Origin: Eledone cirrhosa
Lineage: Eukaryota
Assembly (NCBI GenBank): GCA_964016885.1
Contig: OZ024752.1
Span: 682,001 to 746,000 of the forward strand
DNA: 64,000 bases
Direction: 5' to 3'
Under the pieces are notes generated by a model. The model saw nothing but the letters and a program-made list of their open reading frames with translations, ran no database searches and had not been told where the DNA came from. The position numbers and the translations under genes were made by a program. Each line of letters opens with the position of its first letter. The stretch's first letter is position 1. Shown here piece after piece: positions 13,679-64,000 of the stretch.

Positions 13679-13738
13679 TTCCATTTACCAGTGGTTTCTT
13701 AAAAGCAAAAGGTTTTGCTTTCAATCCTCAGAATGAAA
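13679..13738 (-). ncRNA. Type I hammerhead ribozyme, left arm of the foldback
   Basis: Exact reverse complement of 14420-14479. Confidence 0.8.
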
Positions 13739-13874
13739 AAATCCTGGTTTGTTTATTGAATTTGGATCTTAAAAACAAAAAAAGCAAGCTATATGAAAGT
13801 GAGGCTGGAGAAGGAAGAAGGAAAGGAAAAATAAAAATAAAATAAGACTACCCATACAACCACACATAGACGAA

Positions 13875-13927
<53 letters not shown>

Positions 13928-14235
13928 ACACGCGCATACACACACACACACGTTATTCTGGGTTGAATCGGAGGCAGCCACAGTAAGCAAGGCACTCAGT
14001 ACACCGCAGAGCATGAAGGTTATAATACAGATGAGAATCTGTGTATGTATACAAACACACACACGCACGCGCATACACATGCGTGTGTGTGTGTGTGTGT
14101 GTGTATGTGTTTGTATACATACACAGATTCTCATCTGTATTATAACCTTCATGCTCTGCGGTGTACTGAGTGCCTTGCTTACTGTGGCTGCCTCCGATTC
14201 AACCCAGAATAACGTGTGTGTGTGTATGCGCGTGT

Positions 14236-14272
<37 letters not shown>

Positions 14273-14419
14273 TTTTGTTTTTTTTCGTCTATGTGTGGTT
14301 GTATGGGTAGTCTTATTTTATTTTTATTTTTCCTTTCCTTCTTCCTTCTCCAGCCTCACTTTCATATAGCTTGCTTTTTTTGTTTTTAAGATCCAAATTC
14401 AATAAACAAACCAGGATTT

Positions 14420-14479
14420 TTTCATTCTGAGGATTGAAAGCAAAACCTTTTGCTTTTAAGAAACCACTGGTAAATGGAA
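14420..14479 (+). ncRNA. Type I hammerhead ribozyme with three complete helices
   Basis: UUUCAUU-CUGAGGA-UUGAAAGCAAAA CC UUUUGCUUUUAA-GAAA-CC ACU GG-UA-AAUGGAA; predicted cleavage after GUA (A14472). Confidence 0.82.
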
Positions 14480-14511
14480 TAATTGCCTTATGTTGTTTAT
14501 TACATAATAAT

Positions 14512-14545
<34 letters not shown>

Positions 14546-14769
14546 TTATTTATTTATTAAAATAACAGATTAAAGTTTAAGCAAAGAATCGCTGCTTTTA
14601 CCCTTAACGGGATCTTCAGAAGATCCCGTTAAGGGTGAAAGCACCAATTCTTTGCTTAAACTTTAATCTGTTATTTTAATAAATATTTGCTCTAGGGTTC
14701 TTTTATATTTTATATATAGTTATCCTTATCGAGCTCTCTTTGGTTTTTAGCCTTCACATTTATTATTAT

Positions 14770-14839
<70 letters not shown>

Positions 14840-15044
14840 GCTGACCGTTGAGGAAATAACATCACACGCCCGGTCGGCCCTTTGTATCAAGACAAGACAA
14901 GTAAACCTTTCCCAAATTTAAAGGTTTTTCATTGTTTTTTAGGTTTATCGTTTGAGAAGCTCAGGCTGTCATAACTGACAATCCTCAGCGAAATGTACAT
15001 TACTGAATTTAATAAACCAAATGAATATGGTCTCTGATTTTTAT

Positions 15045-15134
<90 letters not shown>

Positions 15135-15187
15135 ATATGGAATATGTAACAAGAAAATCAATTTTATTTTTCAAAGAAGAGTCGCTT

Positions 15188-15228
15188 TGACTTGAAAGTT
15201 TCTGCTGTTATGAGTCTCTTCAGGCAAC
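15188..15228 (-). ncRNA. Degenerate hammerhead motif
   Basis: CUGAAGA...GAAA-CUU UC AAG-UC: good helix III and a GUC site, helices I and II eroded. Confidence 0.45.
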
Positions 15229-16002
15229 AATTCCCATCTTGGTATTCCCAATTTATATGCATGGTTCTCGCAAGTAGGTGTGGTGTAAGTGTTAATTGGT
15301 TGGCGTACTATATAATTTCGTGTACTATATAAATACGTGTGAGATTTAATTGGGTGATATGAACATTTTAAAATTAGATTTGTGGCATATTGGAGGAAAT
15401 TTCATTAAAATGGGTGGGATAGAATATACAGGAGTTAATCCTTTGATAGGCGCGAAATTAATTAAAGGGAGAAAGGGTGGGAATGGGTTAGGATTAGTGA
15501 TAAGAGAGGGCTGGTTTTTCCTTTGTTACTCGAGGGAATTGCAAATTTTATTTGGCCAATTACAAAAGAAAGCAAAAAATGAATGAAAGTAGTAACGATA
15601 TGTATGTATGTGAAAAGATTATATTCTCCGCTCTTTGTCCCAAGTTAATTCAGCTATGTGCAACACGACGCATGTTTTCAATTAAGGCATCAATGATAAA
15701 TTTAATGTTAAACAGAATTATACATGATCGAGGAATGTTTGTAAAAGGATGAAAATAATAAACAGGGAAAAACTTTAAAACTTATTTTTAAAATATTTTT
15801 TATTATATATATATATATATCATCATCATCATCATCATCATCATTTTACGTCCGCTTTTCCCTGCTTGCAAGGGTGGGACGGGTCCTATTCAGCTCAGCA
15901 TCTCTCCACTTGTCACGGTCCTTCGTCATATAAAATCCCATTCGAGCCTTGAATACATCTTTCTGCATTATATAGTTGTATTATCAACTTATCTAATCTA
16001 CC

Positions 16003-16066
<64 letters not shown>

Positions 16067-16946
16067 TATACGAAAGTCACCGAATTTATTTCAGCAAGTT
16101 CTGGCCACACACACACACATCACCCCCACCCCCACCCCACCCCCCATACACACACACACATATATATATATGTATAACTTTATTTTTATTTTCCTCAATA
16201 TTTATCTCATTGTCTCCTTTACTTTGCTTCTATCATTAGCTTTCTTTTATTTCTGACTTTTAGTCGCCTCTTCACATCTTATCAGCTTCATCTTAATATA
16301 TGGTCAACTCTCTATGCTAGACCCGACACTTTATAGCATGGTATTTGGACGGTGATTGTATCTTACATAAATACAGGTTTGATGTCTTACACAAAGAGAG
16401 ATGTACGATTTCTGATTATAATCTTCACAGTGATGATGAGCAAATCGGTTACAAATTTGAGATGCATTGTAACAAACTATTATGTAACTGCTTATGGTTC
16501 AGAGCTGGCCTTTTTCTGAAACCCGTGTTACACAAAAAGTGTTGAATTGAAACTACGGTCTCTCTTTCTACCGCTTACGCCAACAACCAGTGGATATCGG
16601 CATTAACTCCCACTTTTAACACAGTATATCCAATTCACGTAAAATCCCTGAGTGTTAATACACATATCACCTGTAGTAATTAGTATTATTCCACACACAC
16701 ACACACACACATACACGTACATACAAACACATCGACAATACACTCAGACAGAGACACGCTCCACCACCATTAACACAATATACACTACTCCAACACACAC
16801 ACATACAAAAGAACAAACAAACAAAACACACACTCACCTCAAAGTGATCTACAAGGACAACTCTTTGAATTCTTCAATTCTATCAGCCAATTGTTTTGTC
16901 AGCCTGTTGTTTTGACACATCCTAGCCTTCACCATTAATGAGATAC

Positions 16947-17145
16947 GCACACACCCCGCCTCTTTATATTCCTCCACCAACTATACACACACACCCCGCC
17001 TCTTTATATTCCTCCACCAACTATACACACACACCCCGCCTCTTTATATTCCTCCACCAACTATACACACACACCCCGCCTCTTTATATTCCTCCACCAA
17101 CTACACACACACACCCCGCCTCTTTATATTCCTCCACCAACTACC
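16947..17145. repeat. Minisatellite, 40 bp x 5
   Basis: Unit cacacacaccccgcctctttatattcctccaccaactata, near perfect. Confidence 0.92.
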
Positions 17146-17697
17146 ATATAGTTTTTTGAACTAATGATAATCACTACAAAAATAAAAAGATTTTGTTTTC
17201 GTCACCGGAATACAGTCATTCGCAACCGCCACCAACACCATCATCTATATCCCCATCATCGCCACCACCAGCAACAGCAGCAGCAACAGCAGCACCACCA
17301 CCACCACCTGTAGCATGACCCTCACTACTACCAATAGCATCAATACCACCCTCAGTAGCGTCACCATCAGTCATACCAGTAAAGTCATCACCACCACCAC
17401 CACCACCAGTAGCGTTGATGGTGGTGTTGATGATAGTGGTGGCGGTGCTGCTGATGATGATGATGGTAGTGGTGGTGATGATGATGATGTTGGTGGTAAT
17501 GATGATGTTGGTGGTGGTGGTGGTGGTGCTGTCGTTGTTGTTGGTGGTGATGATGGTGGTGGTGATCGATATCACTATTATTAGGATATTTTGTTGGGGT
17601 TTGATAAAGGTAGAACTATATTACCAATTCTCAAAATAGAGTAGACAATTAGTCTTATAGAATGTAATTGTCAGCTTTTCAGAGAAAGGAATGGTTC

Positions 17698-17819
17698 GAT
17701 GCTTTATATGATGTATATAACATTTTGGATGCTTTATATGATGTATATAACATTTTGGATGCTTTATATGATGTATATAACATTTTGGATGCTTTATATG
17801 ATGTATATAACATTTTGGA
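17698..17819. repeat. Minisatellite, 30 bp x 4
   Basis: Unit gatgctttatatgatgtatataacattttg, perfect. Confidence 0.92.
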
Positions 17820-18014
17820 GAAGGACGATGTAAAATCTATTTTCCAACAACATTCGAATAATTCGAGATTACATTTCATTCGAAACAATTGTAAGAGATT
17901 AAAAACAATTATTTGATGAGAGAGTATTGATTTTCCATTGATACTTTTGTGTGTATATATATATATATAGTGACGAAACATAAGTCAATTGCATGAACTC
18001 ATAATCCTTTATTT

Positions 18015-18070
18015 ACTGCTATATATATTTCGATGATAGCCATAGAATGGCTATGACCTCATCAGGCAGT
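18015..18070 (-). ncRNA. Type I hammerhead ribozyme, intact core
   Basis: ACUGC-CUGAUGA-GG..AUAGCCAU UCU AUGGCUAU..UC-GAAA-UAUAUA-UA-GCAGU, inside a (TA)n-flanked insert 17969-18235. Confidence 0.82.
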
Positions 18071-18499
18071 TAGTCAGTTATTAGATATGCCAGCTCTGTG
18101 TTTAGAGTGTTGATGGTATCAGAGCCTTGGGACATATGAGCTTGTTAGGAATAATTTAATGTTGTCAGCAGGAATAGTCTTGATTCTCATTGGTCAGTTT
18201 GTAGATGGTAGTAGAGTTGGTATTTGACCTCAAATATATATATATTAAACGCAGCTAATTGTACTATATCCATAACAAATCATAGCAATCATTTTAAAGA
18301 AATAGAGAGTGACATCCGAACGAGTGACCTCCACCTCCAACTAACTTACCCTCAGTCTGTGTCCCGGCTGATATTATTTATTGTTGAGCTTTGATATCTT
18401 TTTTTCTGTATATTTTAATATCTTTTTTTATTTTTTGTTTATTTATACTTTATGTTTATCTCATTCTCTTTTTTTTCATTCTTTCTTTCTTTGTCGTAG

Positions 18500-62658
<44,159 letters not shown>

Positions 62659-64000
62659 ATGTGTTTAGTTCCTTTCTATTTTTTCATTTTTTCCCCTTTT
62701 TTTTACACCCGTTGCCAACAGCTGTCTGACATCTAGCAACAACGAGAAGGTTTGATGCTAGCAACTGGGTGAAAATCTCACGGCTGTGGCAATCAGGACT
62801 ACAGACTTTTAAAACTAAATACACAATCACAGCTATGAAGACAATATAGGAGGAAAATATTAAGGTATTAAAGAAACAAGATCACAACACAACCGTTCAT
62901 TAGAAGTAGATGCAGCACTAATTGTTTAGGTGCTGGAGCTGATAAAATGCTTGCTATTTCTTATATCTTCTCTCTGTATTTATGTTTCACCCAACAATCG
63001 CCGATAGTTATGACACGAGATTAACGAGATTATAGCCCTATCACTACATTTCAATATATAAATGGTACAATAATACATATATTTAATTTAATAATATAAC
63101 ATAGTATTGCACTGTTTCGCAGAGAAGCTTGCACTCACTAAATATCATAAAAGTACAGAAAGATAAAACAATCAGGTATTTTACCAATTTAAAAGTAATT
63201 ACCTATTTACCAAATTTATTCAATGAGAGATGTCACAATAATTTCCACGGAATGTAAAATGTATTTTGTCTGAAACAATTCTTTTACTAACGTTCTCTGC
63301 TAATCTGTGGTGCCACAGGATTTCGTTAGGCCCGTATAGTTTAACAAATAAGTGCTGATACAAGGTTTATGGGAAATTTGAGCGTGTTGTTGCTATCAAG
63401 TTCATGTGATTGAATCTTCTCTCACGTATAGTAGTACTTATAATAGGTTGTGGACAGCTCAGTAATAGGCGTAAATCTAAATCTTGAGGAATGCAGCTCC
63501 AATGATCCTCCACATAATCTCTGAAGATTACAGGAAGAAAAAAGGTTTACACCTCTTGCAGGGGAGATATTATTGCAGTTTCTCCATAATTCTGCTATAT
63601 TTCAATTGACCAGTAGCTTTTATCAAGAACGCATTTCGTTTAGCAGGAATTTAGACATACATTGAGGTTCAGAACTTGAGAAACATTTTCAAGATCGCTA
63701 TCGTAAACGTGTAGGGCTGCATAAGAAATAAGAAACTGTAGATGATTAATGGAGACAATTTTGCAGTTGCTTGTTAAGGTAATTTTTCTAAACTTCCACT
63801 TTTCACCTGCCTCTTGAGTTTCTATAGTTTTATTCTACTTTCATCTTTCAACCTATGCAGTGATTTTATGCTCTGTTGGATCAATTTGTCTGTATAAACA
63901 ATCACATTAGTGTGCTTCAGTAAACAATCTGACAGCAAACAAAATTAATGTAATATGTCATACATTGGAAACTGTTCTGAAAAGAATATTTTCAATAGAA

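Larger units (their letters stand above)
13647..14511. repeat. ~865 bp near-perfect foldback (arms ~410 bp) of a hammerhead-bearing element
   Basis: 13647-14060 is the reverse complement of ~14105-14511; (CA)n/(TG)n at the axis. Confidence 0.92.

Noticed and set aside
17216-17639. Thr/Gly/Asp-rich and poly-Val/Met ORFs
   Set aside because: Degenerate trinucleotide repeat open in several frames; no splice-supported link to SCUBE
16947-17819. Tandem arrays as possible CRISPR arrays
   Set aside because: Head-to-tail units with no unique spacers, eukaryotic context, no cas genes

Overview
Eukaryotic, AT-rich and very microsatellite-dense DNA. The SINE and repeat content and the gene style suggest a cephalopod such as an octopus; this is inference only. 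The main gene is a + strand SCUBE-family gene. I traced 21 coding exons from 18500 to the stop at 62658: 9 EGF exons, a Cys-containing and basic spacer, 3 Cys-rich (ephrin-receptor-like) repeats and a CUB domain. They give about 950 codons with consistent splice phases and include one GC-AG intron. I could not find the signal-peptide exon. Introns and upstream DNA hold many mobile elements: a full-length 5.8 kb L1/Tx1-type LINE with a 15-bp TSD, R4/Dong-like fragments in (TAA)n, RTE fragments (one with a twin-priming-type inversion), Helitrons (one nested in another of its own family) and many tRNA-derived SINEs. The most striking unannotated signal is at least 17 type I hammerhead ribozyme motifs of several different families. 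They sit in short Penelope-like or retrozyme-like inserts in (TA)n tracts and are often folded back into palindromes. Nearly all the best-preserved ones are antisense to SCUBE. Most ORF-track entries (YIYI, CVCV, THTH) are microsatellite artefacts. All calls were made by eye and no searches or folding programs were run.
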